Positions 1 to 9,536 of a stretch of 64,000 nt of DNA are shown here, in pieces. The stretch comes from Candidatus Fraserbacteria bacterium (GTDB taxonomy: Bacteria > Bipolaricaulota > Bipolaricaulia > RBG-16-55-9 > DRXL01): contig CAMTVK010000005.1 of NCBI GenBank assembly GCA_947085185.1, positions 61,174 to 125,173 on the forward strand, in the 5' to 3' direction. A program made the translations under genes and the position numbers. Positions within the stretch are counted from its first letter, which is position 1. Every line of letters begins with the position of its first letter. The notes under the pieces are model-generated. The model saw nothing but the letters and a program-made list of their open reading frames with translations. It was not told the origin of the DNA and ran no database searches.

Positions 1-201
1 CCTCAAGCTCCCGGAATTCACGTTCTCACGATCGTCTTTGAACTGATCGTTATAATAGCGATAGTGCGCAGAAAGCTTGAGATCGCGGAACTCACTGCGT
101 GGCGGCGTATACCCGCATAAGGGGCCCACACGAGGTTGTCCAACGGCAGACCCGTTGCTGAAGAGAACAAAGACCGTCAGAACCCATACGAATTTTTTCA
201 T
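1..201 (-). CDS. Secreted protein, 5' part only (runs off the left edge); not in ORF track
   Basis: Manual translation MKKFVWVLTVFVLFSNGSAVGQPRVGPLCGYTPPRSEFRDLKLSAHYRYYNDQF..., open to position 1; signal peptide; TACAAT 6 nt before the ATG. Confidence 0.7.
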   Translation of the reverse strand, partial: MKKFVWVLTVFVLFSNGSAVGQPRVGPLCGYTPPRSEFRDLKLSAHYRYYNDQFKDDRENVNSGSLR

Positions 202-281
202 AAAAGCATTGTACTCTGTCGGGTGCGGGGAATGTCAAGTTTCTGGACAGGAAGCTTTTCGTTTGGTAAATTGAGCACAGC

Positions 282-1148
282 ATGCGCGCACGATTCTTTA
301 TCGTTGGCGTGGTGGTCTCTGTGTGTGGTGGAGGTGTGTTGGGCTGGCTGTGGTGGGCGTGGCAGTCAGGGGCGCCCCCGCAAGCACCATCTCTGCCGCC
401 GGTGCCTTCTGTATCTGATACTCCTACTCCGCCACCCCTACCTGCACCGTCGGATGAGCCCCAAAAGATTGTCAACAGAGTCATTGACAGCGGGACGCTC
501 TTCATTGAGGCCCGCGGGCAGCGCCTCGGCACAGAAGAATATAGTATCTCCTACAACGAACGCGGAGAGATCGTGCTGCGTTCCAGGGGAACGCTTACGG
601 TGAAGATCGCGCTCCTGAGCGCTCAAGCTACGTTCATTCAGGCAATGACATGGACAGCTCAGCGTCGCCCGATCAGCTATGAGCTGGCACTCCATGGTCC
701 CCTTGGGATCGGCAACCGCAGTGTGAGCGCGCGCTTTGGCTCAACGACGGGTATAGTCAGCGATGGCGAACGCCAAACCGAGATCGCCCTCCCGAAAGAG
801 CCGTTCTTGCTAGTGGGAATGTTCAGTTCGTATGCGATCCTGCCCCTGTGGGCTCAGCCGGACACTGCTCAGAAACTCAAAGTGATCGATCTTCGCGGGG
901 AGCGTCGCGCTCGAGAGAATTGGGTATCTCTTGAGCATATCGGTCTTGTCCAACTGAGCGAGGGGGGTTTTGCTCTCAGGGCGCACGAATATCTGCTCAA
1001 GGGCGAGCAGGGGACGCTGAAGCTCTACGTTGATGGTGAGCGTCTCTTGGCATTGCAGGCCGACACAGCCGAGCGCGACCGAAGCTTTCGCATCTCTCGT
1101 AGTGATCTCTTCCCCAAAGGGTTTGACGTGCTTCCCCATCAAAACTAG
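282..1148 (+). CDS. Hypothetical membrane-anchored/exported protein (N-terminal TM, Pro-rich linker, beta-rich domain)
   Basis: 288-aa ORF, hydrophobic N-terminus then PPQAPSLPPVP linker. Confidence 0.7.
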   Translation: MRARFFIVGVVVSVCGGGVLGWLWWAWQSGAPPQAPSLPPVPSVSDTPTPPPLPAPSDEPQKIVNRVIDSGTLFIEARGQRLGTEEYSISYNERGEIVLRSRGTLTVKIALLSAQATFIQAMTWTAQRRPISYELALHGPLGIGNRSVSARFGSTTGIVSDGERQTEIALPKEPFLLVGMFSSYAILPLWAQPDTAQKLKVIDLRGERRARENWVSLEHIGLVQLSEGGFALRAHEYLLKGEQGTLKLYVDGERLLALQADTAERDRSFRISRSDLFPKGFDVLPHQN

Positions 1149-1233
1149 CTTCGCGTTTCTCTTGGGACAGCTGTTCTTGCCCTCAGGAGATCACGCGTGG
1201 TATAGATAGAGCTGTGAAGGGAGGAGGTCACAC

Positions 1234-2484
1234 GTGAAGGGCCTGGTTCGTGTGGTGTGGCTGAGCGCCGCACTTGGTGTTGGGGCTTTTCTGGCGTATG
1301 CACAGTTGCAGGGCGGTGGCGGCAGCCCGCTGTCACCGGAGGTTGTAGGAGTCGATCTGCGGCCGACGATCCCGGCCGACGGCAGCAAGACGTTCGGTGC
1401 GGTGCGCTTTCGCGATGCCGACGGTGATATCGTGCAAGCCCGCTTTGACGTTGTCGAAGCCGTAGATTTTGCGCCGTTCAGCTTCAATCCCAAAGTGAAG
1501 GGCCAGACGAGCGGGAGCTTTCCGTTCTTTGTCTTCTCGAAGATCCCCCAAAAAGTCCGATTGCGCCTCACCCTGATAGACGAAGCGGGCAATCAGAGCC
1601 TTCCTGTGGAGTTTCGGTTTGAGGCGATCATGCTCATTGAGCTCTTGGGGAAGTGGGGGACGCGTGGAACGGGAGAAGCTCAATTCAACGGGATCTCTCA
1701 TATCGCTCTCGACGATCGCAAGCGTGTCTATGTCACGGATTTCGGTTTAGATCGAGTGCAGAAGTTCACAAGTGATGGGCAGTTACTCGTGCAGTGGGGT
1801 GGACGCGGCAGCGGCAACGGCCAGCTCACCGGGCCGTTGGGCATCGCTGTTGATTATCAAGGCGCCGTCTACGTTGCTGATGCGGGCAATCAGCGTATTC
1901 AGAAATTCACCGAGAGCGGGGCTTTCTTGACCAAGTGGGGCAGTCTTGGGACGGGCGAAGGGCAGTTCAGCTTTCCCACAGGGGTGGCGACTGATTCTCT
2001 GGGCAACGTCTACGTCGCCGATAAAGTCAACAACAGAATTCAAAAGTTCAGCCCGACGGGCGTGCTCATCGCGCGATGGGGGGCTTTTGGCCAAGCCGAG
2101 TCTCAGTTCAACTCCCCCAATGACATTGCCGTGAGCACTCAGGGGATCGTCTATGTGCTTGATACCGGCAACGGCAGAGTCCAAAAATTTATGCTCGATG
2201 GGTCTTATCTTGGGCAATGGGGGTCTCGTGGGGATCGCGACGGGCAGTTCCAGGCACCCTTGGGGATCGCTGTAGACAATCACGGCTTTGTCTATGTCGC
2301 CGACACGGGCAACGACCGAATCCAGAAATTTTCGAGCGACGGGGCTTTCATGGTGAAGTGGGGGAGCTTAGGGGCCGGTGACGGCCAGTTCGATCAACCT
2401 GTCGATTTAGCCGTTGACCCCGAAGGGGTTATCTATATTGCCGAGCTAGGGAACCATCGGATTCAGAAGATCAAGTTCAAGTAG
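1234..2484 (+). CDS. Secreted NHL-repeat (6-bladed beta-propeller) protein
   Basis: Signal peptide; six ~47-aa repeats of WG..G.G.GQF..P.GIAVD..G.VYVAD.GN.RIQKF; GGAGG RBS. Confidence 0.9.
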   Translation: MKGLVRVVWLSAALGVGAFLAYAQLQGGGGSPLSPEVVGVDLRPTIPADGSKTFGAVRFRDADGDIVQARFDVVEAVDFAPFSFNPKVKGQTSGSFPFFVFSKIPQKVRLRLTLIDEAGNQSLPVEFRFEAIMLIELLGKWGTRGTGEAQFNGISHIALDDRKRVYVTDFGLDRVQKFTSDGQLLVQWGGRGSGNGQLTGPLGIAVDYQGAVYVADAGNQRIQKFTESGAFLTKWGSLGTGEGQFSFPTGVATDSLGNVYVADKVNNRIQKFSPTGVLIARWGAFGQAESQFNSPNDIAVSTQGIVYVLDTGNGRVQKFMLDGSYLGQWGSRGDRDGQFQAPLGIAVDNHGFVYVADTGNDRIQKFSSDGAFMVKWGSLGAGDGQFDQPVDLAVDPEGVIYIAELGNHRIQKIKFK

Positions 2485-2890
2485 ACTTTTGCAAGTACCC
2501 TTGTAAGATCAAGACGGCGGCGAGGGCGTCTTTGGTTTGTGTGCGCTTGCGGCGGCTCATGCGAGCCTCAAGCAAGACGCGCTCGGCCTCGGCGGTCGTC
2601 AGGCGCTCGTCGAACGTGTGCACGGGGAGTGTGAGCGCGTCTTCGAGGGCTCTTTTGAAGTCGAGGACTTGCTGAGCTTTCGGTCCCAGGGAGCCGTCCA
2701 TATTGATGGGCAGTCCCAGCACGATCTCCGTGACGCGATACTGAACAACGAGCTCGCTCAGAAAGCGCAGGTCGCTCTTGATATCTTTACGTTTATAGAC
2801 TGCGAGGGGGCTGGCGAGCGTGCGGCTCTCGTCGCTGAGGGCCAGTCCCAAGCGTCTTTCGCCAAAGTCTATGCCGAGCACACGGGCCAT
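2477..2890 (-). CDS. ruvX: YqgF/RuvX family RNase H-like nuclease
   Basis: LGIDFGERRLGLALSD, GLP..MDG, DERLTT, DALAAVLILQGYL. Confidence 0.95.
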   Translation of the reverse strand: MARVLGIDFGERRLGLALSDESRTLASPLAVYKRKDIKSDLRFLSELVVQYRVTEIVLGLPINMDGSLGPKAQQVLDFKRALEDALTLPVHTFDERLTTAEAERVLLEARMSRRKRTQTKDALAAVLILQGYLQKST

Positions 2891-2951
2891 ACGTGAAGCT
2901 TAGAAGATTTCTCAGTGCGGTGCAATAGAGGCTATACTCTTTCTCAGGAGC

Positions 2952-3188
2952 GTGAGACCTATGGCCGTTGAGACGTTGGTTGAGACCGTGGCCCCAAGCG
3001 AGACATGGATCAGCGTCTGGCACGACGACGCCGAGAGAGAAGTCTATATTCAGTACGGGTATGTAGATATCAGCATGCCCGTGGAAGACTTTGAAGAGTT
3101 GGTCGAGACGCTCATCGAAGCGCGCGAAAAACTTAAAAGCTCCAGATCGCCCCGGGCAAGCCGGCGAAGAACTGGCTCAAGAGAATAA
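2952..3188 (+). CDS. Small acidic hypothetical protein
   Basis: AGGAG RBS, TATACT upstream, protein-like composition; 3' end overlaps comEC. Confidence 0.6.
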   Translation: MRPMAVETLVETVAPSETWISVWHDDAEREVYIQYGYVDISMPVEDFEELVETLIEAREKLKSSRSPRASRRRTGSRE

Positions 3189-4617
3189 GGGCTTGCAGAA
3201 GCAGCCCCTCAAGATACCCGATCACGCTCACAACAGAGGGCAGCGGGAGCACACTGGCTATCAGTAAGACTATACCGCCCCACAGGGCGATCGCGACGAG
3301 CGGAACGATCACAAGATTGCCCATGATCGCTCCCCACAGATAGACTCGATGAAATTGAGAGGCGATCACAGGCGCGACGGCGATCTGCGCTGCCAGCGAG
3401 ACGAGCACGAACATCACGAGCCAACGGAGCCCACAACGCACCCAGGACTCTTCCCGTGGGTGCTGTGGAGCAAGCCGGAAGTATTCTGCAATGTGTGGCC
3501 ATAGATAGATCACAGCGAGCAGAATCCCCAACGTCCCGGCAAAGCTCAACTGAAAGCTCGCTTCCAAGAGTGCTTCTGGGTCGAAGAGCAGAATCCCCAG
3601 GGCGGCCATCGCTAGATTTTGCAAGGGATCAGCCCAACGTTTGAGAATCCAGCCGCGCTCCGCTAAGAGAAACCCAACAGTCAGAAAGAAGAACATCAGC
3701 GTGGCCCGCACGAGGCTCACCTCAAAGCCTACGATCAAAAGATAGATCAGCACCACGGGTGCAGCAAGCAAGTAGAGTCGCGAGACGGAAAAGCCACACC
3801 ATCTCAGTGTGAGTGCAAGTAACGCCAAGATCATTCCCAAGTTGGCCCCAGAGACCGCCAGCACGTGCATCACCCCGGCATCACGAAAAGCGCTTTCGAT
3901 CTCGTTGGGGAGGCTCTCGCGCTCCCCAAAGAGTAAGCCCTTCAGGAGCGCGCTCTGCTCCAGCGAGAGATGTCTCTCTAGGCGTGCAAAGAGATCGCGG
4001 CGGAGGTCATATCCCCATTGCAGAAGAGAGAAGCCCCGACGACGAGCGACGATCTGGACTTGGCTCTCTCGATAGACCCAGATGACGCCCCAGATGTCGC
4101 GGCGTCGCAGATACTCGCGATAGTCGAAGAGCCTTTCTTGGCGCGTGGTGGGCACACGCACCGGCGCTCGGACGATGAGTTCGTCGCCATAGTCGATCCA
4201 AAAATATTCGGGGTCGCGCGTGTGATCGTAGATAACTTGCAGATACCCCGGGGCGTTCTGAGGCTTGAGCACGAAGCGCGAACGCTCCGGCCCATGATCG
4301 GGATAGCTGACGACGATGCCTCGGACGTGCTGGATTCTGTCGGTGTGCTCATAAAGTGTCTCTGTAGGGAAGCGCGCGTTGGTGTAGAGCAAATTGCCGA
4401 GGGCTATACAAGTGATCAGCGCTGAGGGTGTGCGGAGTGTGCGGAGTCGTGCGACTGTTAGGCTCATAAGGGTAATAAGAAGCCCCAAGAGCGTGACCCC
4501 AGCAAGCCAGGCAAACGAGAGCTTATAGAGATGTCCTAAGAGAATGCCCAGAGCGAAGAAGATCGCGATGAGCACCAGTGGCCGACGATGGTGGGTGTGA
4601 CGAGGCGGCAGCATCAT
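3133..4617 (-). CDS. comEC: ComEC/Rec2 DNA uptake channel (no C-terminal metallo-beta-lactamase domain)
   Basis: FRDAGVMHVLAVSGAN, SLVRATLM, SFQLSF, FDYREYL motifs; multiple TM helices. Confidence 0.92.
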   Translation of the reverse strand: MMLPPRHTHHRRPLVLIAIFFALGILLGHLYKLSFAWLAGVTLLGLLITLMSLTVARLRTLRTPSALITCIALGNLLYTNARFPTETLYEHTDRIQHVRGIVVSYPDHGPERSRFVLKPQNAPGYLQVIYDHTRDPEYFWIDYGDELIVRAPVRVPTTRQERLFDYREYLRRRDIWGVIWVYRESQVQIVARRRGFSLLQWGYDLRRDLFARLERHLSLEQSALLKGLLFGERESLPNEIESAFRDAGVMHVLAVSGANLGMILALLALTLRWCGFSVSRLYLLAAPVVLIYLLIVGFEVSLVRATLMFFFLTVGFLLAERGWILKRWADPLQNLAMAALGILLFDPEALLEASFQLSFAGTLGILLAVIYLWPHIAEYFRLAPQHPREESWVRCGLRWLVMFVLVSLAAQIAVAPVIASQFHRVYLWGAIMGNLVIVPLVAIALWGGIVLLIASVLPLPSVVSVIGYLEGLLLQALILLSQFFAGLPGAIWSF

Positions 4618-4750
4618 AACGGATCAGTACGGCGTAGGCACACCCTGCTCGATTCTTCTTGTTGAGGCGCTCCAGCAGCTGTTGGTGTCGTTTTTCTTTG
4701 GGGATATAGACTGTCAGCTGCCAGGGCGTCTCCCCGTTTGTCCGTCTCAC
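4523..4750 (-). pseudogene. Possible truncated ribbon-helix-helix type regulator
   Basis: GAGGTGA RBS with TATAAT upstream; LTVYIPKEK..LLERL resembles an RHH start, but the tail runs 95 bp into comEC. Confidence 0.3.
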
Positions 4751-4857
4751 CGAATCACCTCATTATACTTCAGTTGAGTTTACTGGGAAAGGCCCCGGGG
4801 TCCCTGCGCCAAGAGCAGTGGCGCACGAGCCCCCGATGCTGTATGATCGTGTGCGAG

Positions 4858-5049
4858 ATGTGGCGCTTCTGGCTGGTCGTGCTGATCTGTGGCGGACTGC
4901 TCCTGCTAGGAGCACGCTATTTTATCTTGTCGCGGATGAAGGACGACGAGTATCATCAGTGTCCGCACTGTCGCAGCTTCTATCGCGGCGAGGTGACCTA
5001 CTGCCCACACTGCGGGCAGGTTGTGGCTCGTTGGTCGAATAGACGATAG
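4858..5049 (+). CDS. Small membrane protein with zinc ribbon
   Basis: MWRFWLVV TM helix, then CPHC-x10-CPHC. Confidence 0.75.
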   Translation: MWRFWLVVLICGGLLLLGARYFILSRMKDDEYHQCPHCRSFYRGEVTYCPHCGQVVARWSNRR

Positions 5050-5052
5050 CAC

Positions 5053-5769
5053 CTACAGCACTTCGAGGATCGTGCTCAGCGAAAGCTCCGTCGAGTGCGC
5101 AAGATACGCCGCCCGACCTTCCCCATCCAGCTTGCTTGACCCTGATTGCTCCACCCTCACCGTGTAAACCCACTCATAAGAATGATCCTTCTGGAGCCTC
5201 AAGATCATAAACTCTAAGTCTTCGGTGGAGCTGAGGGCGTAGGGCAAGATCTCTCGCCAATAGATATATTCGATGTCGTGCTTGGCCGTCACTCTCAAAG
5301 TGATCTGCACGGAATCACCGACTTGGAGGGGTCTGTTAGGGAGAATCCGCTCGACTCGGACGAGTTCATTCTCTACACGCTCGACGCGGAAGTCCGGGGG
5401 GGGCGGCGCCAGCACCGTGATCTCTGTGCGCGCCGTCGCGCTCTGGCCTGCTTTGTCGTAGACTGTCAGTTGGATCGTATACTTCCCCGGTACTTCGAAT
5501 GTCGGCTCAATGCGCGCCCCTGTGAATTCCCGGCCGTCGCTCAGCCTCCAGTGCATGAGCACAATCCCGCGATCGTCCGTTGAGGACGAGGCGTCGAAGA
5601 CTAGCGTCAATGGGGCAACCCCGGACCGTTCGCTCTGACACGCAGGACACTCAAGAGAGATCACAGCGACGGGCGGTTGGTCGGGCTTCTCCCCGATGGG
5701 GATGGGCTGAGTGCACCCTGAGAGCATCACCGCAGTGAGCACGATCACAAGATATCTCGAACATCTCAT
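5053..5769 (-). CDS. PKD-domain lipoprotein
   Basis: Lipobox LSGC; APLTLVFDASSSTDD...W...G.YTIQLTVYD PKD pattern; GGAG RBS before MRCSRY. Confidence 0.85.
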   Translation of the reverse strand: MRCSRYLVIVLTAVMLSGCTQPIPIGEKPDQPPVAVISLECPACQSERSGVAPLTLVFDASSSTDDRGIVLMHWRLSDGREFTGARIEPTFEVPGKYTIQLTVYDKAGQSATARTEITVLAPPPPDFRVERVENELVRVERILPNRPLQVGDSVQITLRVTAKHDIEYIYWREILPYALSSTEDLEFMILRLQKDHSYEWVYTVRVEQSGSSKLDGEGRAAYLAHSTELSLSTILEVL

Positions 5770-5988
5770 AGTCTCCTCTCCTTGACTGGGCAGAGCTATC
5801 GCTCTTAGACTACTCTGTGTAGGAGTCCAAACGATACCCCATAGTCCCAGGGCGAGCGTGACGTTGGTCACTTTGCTTGCCCCCCGTCTAGGCCAGGGAC
5901 ACGTGACGAATTAGCACTTTGAAGAGGGGTTGCACTGGTGAGGGGGTTTCGTATAGAATGCAAAAAACTCGCTGACTCCGGAGGGGCT

Positions 5989-6327
5989 ATGAGGAAGATC
6001 GAGTTGGTCGCTCAAGTATCGCGGCGGACCGGTGTGCCCAAGGAGACGGTGCTGAAGTCATTGAACGCAGCGCTGGACGTGATCGCCGAGACTATTGCGT
6101 GTGGGGAAGAAGTGAGGCTGAAGAACTTTGGGACGTTTCGCGTAGTGCCGCGGCGCCCTACCCAGCGTAGCCATCTTCATACTCATCAGCTCGTGACTAT
6201 CCCAAGCAAGGTTATGCCGCGCTTCTATCCCGGCAAGCCTCTCAAGAAGCTCATAGCAGAAAGCTTGATCGTCGTGCAGCTGCCCAGCGGGCGTCTGACC
6301 GCCCGCCCACGGGCTGATCTGAGCTGA
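5989..6327 (+). CDS. HU/IHF family DNA-binding protein (divergent)
   Basis: MRKIELVAQVS, GEEVRLKNFGTF, PRFYPGKPLK; GGAGG RBS. Confidence 0.88.
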   Translation: MRKIELVAQVSRRTGVPKETVLKSLNAALDVIAETIACGEEVRLKNFGTFRVVPRRPTQRSHLHTHQLVTIPSKVMPRFYPGKPLKKLIAESLIVVQLPSGRLTARPRADLS

Positions 6328-6331
6328 GACT

Positions 6332-7786
6332 TTAAAGCCGTCGGAGAAACTGCTCGGCTTCGTCCTTGTAGGGATGGAACGGGTCGGCAAGGACAAGGGT
6401 GCGCTTGGGCTCGACGAAGACCCCATCCCATTCGATCATATACTCTCCCACAGCGTGTTGGCACAGGCCCCGCACGATCTTGGCGCGCCCACAGGCGCGC
6501 GTGTCTGTGGGGGCTTCTTCGAGGGCGCGCTCGATCTCTCGCTCACTGACGAGCCGCCGCCGCGATTCAAGCGCATAATAGAGCCCGTGGTCTGGGTCGA
6601 TATTATGATACTCTAAGTCTAAGCTGTGCAGGACTTCATCCTGCCAGGTCAGCCCTTCGCTCTCCTTGAAGAGCTGGAGCATGTGGAACTTGGCCACCCA
6701 ATCCAGCCGGTCGGCGAGCTCCAACGGATCGCGCTCCAGGGCATCGAGAGTCTCTTCCCAACTGTGCAGAATCTCGTCGGTCTCGTCGTCGCGCCCGGAA
6801 AACCGCCGCTGGGCGGCTTGGAGATAGAAGCGTTGGAGATCGATAGCGGAGATGGTCGAGCCGTTTTCGCGTCGCACGATCCATCGATGAGTAGGGTCGC
6901 GCGAGATCTCTTTGAGGGCGCGCAGGGGCGCAGCTAACTCTACCCCCGACGGCACCGCTTGCTCCTCGAGCAGATCTAACACCAAGATCGTCGTGCCCAC
7001 TTTGAGAAACGTCGCGTACTCCGAGGGGTTCGCTTCGCCAAAGAGCAAGTGCAAGCGCGGGCTGCGCGACAGCTCGTACATCTGGTCCCACTTGGGATTG
7101 ATCAGCGCCCGGCTGAAGCGCACCCGCCCAGAGACCGTGTGCAAGATATGATCGGCTCTCTGAGAGAGCTGAAACTCTACAGTGGGATCGGGTTCGACGC
7201 CGTAGGCTGAGTCCACGAAGACAGAATCAGCCGTATGGCGTGTGGGGGATTTGGCTTGCCACGTGGTCGTAAGCCGGTGGCCACCGACCCGGCCCGCTCC
7301 AGCGAAGATCTGCCGAGTCACTAAGAACGGGACGAGCTTATCGAGCGCATGGCGCCAGGAGAGCGACTCCGGGTCAACAGAATAATTCTCATGACATCCG
7401 AAGGTGTGCCCCGCGAAGTGATCCACGCTGTTATTATAAAAGCTGACTCTCTCGTGGAGCCGAAGCTCGCGCAGCACTTTGAGAATCAGCCGCTGCCCCG
7501 CGCGCTCATACGCGATCAGATCTCGCAAGGAGCGGCATTCTGGGGTCGCGTACTCCAAGTGCGAGCCGACGGCGTCAATATAGAGCCGGCCCCCGTTGAT
7601 CAAAAATCCTCCGGCTTCGGCAGGCTCAAAATACATATCTCGGGTGTGCAAGTCGAGCAATCCCCAGCGTTTGTCACGGAAGACTGCGTTCTTGACGCGC
7701 TCCACGATCTCTTCGTACGGGCCCAATTTGGGATCGCGCACCAAGCATCCAAACTCTGTCTCTAGCCCCACGACCCGATGCTGCAT
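6332..7786 (-). CDS. pafA: PafA-type Pup/UBact-protein ligase
   Basis: VVGLETEFG, NGGRLYID, HLEYATPEC, GCHENY, LSQRAD, RLHLLFGEAN, LKVGTT. Confidence 0.88.
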   Translation of the reverse strand: MQHRVVGLETEFGCLVRDPKLGPYEEIVERVKNAVFRDKRWGLLDLHTRDMYFEPAEAGGFLINGGRLYIDAVGSHLEYATPECRSLRDLIAYERAGQRLILKVLRELRLHERVSFYNNSVDHFAGHTFGCHENYSVDPESLSWRHALDKLVPFLVTRQIFAGAGRVGGHRLTTTWQAKSPTRHTADSVFVDSAYGVEPDPTVEFQLSQRADHILHTVSGRVRFSRALINPKWDQMYELSRSPRLHLLFGEANPSEYATFLKVGTTILVLDLLEEQAVPSGVELAAPLRALKEISRDPTHRWIVRRENGSTISAIDLQRFYLQAAQRRFSGRDDETDEILHSWEETLDALERDPLELADRLDWVAKFHMLQLFKESEGLTWQDEVLHSLDLEYHNIDPDHGLYYALESRRRLVSEREIERALEEAPTDTRACGRAKIVRGLCQHAVGEYMIEWDGVFVEPKRTLVLADPFHPYKDEAEQFLRRL

Positions 7787-7830
7787 ACCTCACGCTCCTG
7801 AGGACTCTCTACATTATTAGCTGATCCAAG

Positions 7831-8577
7831 CTATCTTAGCAAGAACGGCTTGAGCTCCTCTGCGCTCAGAAGACGAAAGCATCGTTCGCGCCGCGAGTGG
7901 CGCTCCAGCAAAGCGGCTTCGACTGCGCTCGTTTCAAGGGCTTCCGCGAGCACGGCGCGCCAGTCCGATGCGCTCGTAGCTCCGGCTTCGCGACGGCCTA
8001 CTGCCCAAGCTTCCAAGGCCTTCTCGAGCGCGGCATCGCGCTTCGGGGTTTTTTGGGTGAACGCTGTGAGCACGCGCTCCATCGCTTCACGGGCGCCCTC
8101 GGTGCCCGCTGCCACTCCACACCGATGCGCAAGAGAGAACTCCCCATCATAGTTGAGCAGATAGAACAGATCGTCTTGGGGGGAGTCGCCCAGTTGGGCA
8201 AAGAGCCCGCGCACGACCAAGGGCAATCGTAAGGGATCGCTGAAGCTTTGCTTGAGCGCCGGGCTGAGTGCCACACCTACGACGCGCTGAATCGAGACGT
8301 CGTGAGGGCTTCGCGCAAACCCCTCCGCATGCGCAAAATCTACGGCGATCTGACGAATCGTCTCAAGATCAGATTGGTTCCCAAGGCCCGCGAACGCGAG
8401 TCTGTCATAGATCTCAAAGATCTTTCGCTGCTGGGAGCGGCGCACGGTGACGAGCAAGACGCCCTCATGACACGAGAGCCCGACGATGGGGCTGCCCTCG
8501 CGCAGCCGGTCTTCGACGTAGTCGGCTTTTTGGCGCAGCGTCTGCTGCCAGTCGTAGGGAGTAAAAGCCATGGTCAC
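7831..8577 (-). CDS. prcA: 20S proteasome alpha subunit
   Basis: KADYVEDRLREGSPIVG, KIFEIYDRLAFAGLG, YDG; lies between prcB and pafA. Confidence 0.9.
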   Translation of the reverse strand: MTMAFTPYDWQQTLRQKADYVEDRLREGSPIVGLSCHEGVLLVTVRRSQQRKIFEIYDRLAFAGLGNQSDLETIRQIAVDFAHAEGFARSPHDVSIQRVVGVALSPALKQSFSDPLRLPLVVRGLFAQLGDSPQDDLFYLLNYDGEFSLAHRCGVAAGTEGAREAMERVLTAFTQKTPKRDAALEKALEAWAVGRREAGATSASDWRAVLAEALETSAVEAALLERHSRRERCFRLLSAEELKPFLLR

Positions 8578-9335
8578 TCTTTCACGAGGGTTTTTTGGAT
8601 GGAGCGCAAGGTCTCTTCGGGAACGTCGAAAATCCCCTCAGCGGTCACGATCTTGGCCAAGGGCAGACTGTGACGAATGCCCCCGGTTGCGGTGTCCAGC
8701 GACGCTGCGATCTCCAGGAGCAAGAGCGTCTCGGAGAGGGCCTGTTCGAGCTTCATGGTGTGGAAGGGGCCCTTGGTGCGCACGATGTACTCAAAAGATC
8801 CGCGAATGCGCTCCGCGCCCGAGCCGGCAGCGCCGAACTCTCGGCTCTCAAAGCGCGCCCCCATGACGTCATAAAAGAAGATCCGTCCCTCGTTTTTTGC
8901 TCTATCGAACGCGCTGACGATGGGGAGAAACCCTCCGATTCCTTGGAGGGCGCTAGGGAGAGCTCGGCTGAGCACTCGTGAGACTTCGGAGAGTTTGCCC
9001 TCCAAGCTCATCTCTTGGAGCTGGCTGCGCGCGTAGTATTTGAGCGAGTGCTGCAGAAATCGCACAGCTTCAAACGCCGCGGCATACGACCCGGCGATGG
9101 CGATGAGCGTCTCATCGTCGAGCTTTAAGATCTTTTCGGCATCTTCGGAGAAGATCGCATTGCCTGCGGTGGCGCGTCGGTCGGCCACGTTCAAGACGCC
9201 CTGGTCGAACTTCACGGCGATGACTGTTGTGCCGTGAGTCCCAACCGAAGAGCTCGGAGGAGATGGGCTTGCTTCCACAGAAGGGAAGCGCAGCCCATAC
9301 ATTTCGAGAAGCTGGGCAAAGTCACCGTGGCTCAT
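8574..9335 (-). CDS. prcB: 20S proteasome beta subunit with ~35-aa propeptide
   Basis: HG|TT cleavage site; Thr1, Asp17 (ADRRAT) and Lys33 at canonical spacing; AGSG; DTATGG. Confidence 0.93.
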   Translation of the reverse strand: MSHGDFAQLLEMYGLRFPSVEASPSPPSSSVGTHGTTVIAVKFDQGVLNVADRRATAGNAIFSEDAEKILKLDDETLIAIAGSYAAAFEAVRFLQHSLKYYARSQLQEMSLEGKLSEVSRVLSRALPSALQGIGGFLPIVSAFDRAKNEGRIFFYDVMGARFESREFGAAGSGAERIRGSFEYIVRTKGPFHTMKLEQALSETLLLLEIAASLDTATGGIRHSLPLAKIVTAEGIFDVPEETLRSIQKTLVKE

Positions 9336-9349
9336 GCTGATAGGTCACT

Positions 9350-9520
9350 TCACTCTCCGCTGCGCTGCCGATAGCGCTGCGCTTGGCGCGGGTCCACCCG
9401 CCGCATCCGCTCCAACAGCCTTTCCGTGTCTGGCTTGGGCACGTTGGGCGTGCGCGGCCCATCGTCTCCGGGCTTGGTCAGCGGGTCCTGAGGAATCGGC
9501 TTGACGGTTCTCTCTGGCAT
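9350..9520 (-). CDS. ubact: UBact ubiquitin-like (Pup analog) tag, 56 aa; not in ORF track
   Basis: MPERTVKPIPQDPLTKPGDDGPRTPNVPKPDTERLLERMRRVDPRQAQRYRQRSGE*; AAGGAGG RBS; C-terminal R[ST]G[EQ]; occupies the pup position. Confidence 0.95.
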   Translation of the reverse strand: MPERTVKPIPQDPLTKPGDDGPRTPNVPKPDTERLLERMRRVDPRQAQRYRQRSGE

Positions 9521-9536
9521 AGACTGTACCTCCTTC

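Noticed and set aside
1640..2480. Periodic ~141-bp DNA similarity
   Set aside because: Explained by NHL protein repeats; not a CRISPR or non-coding array
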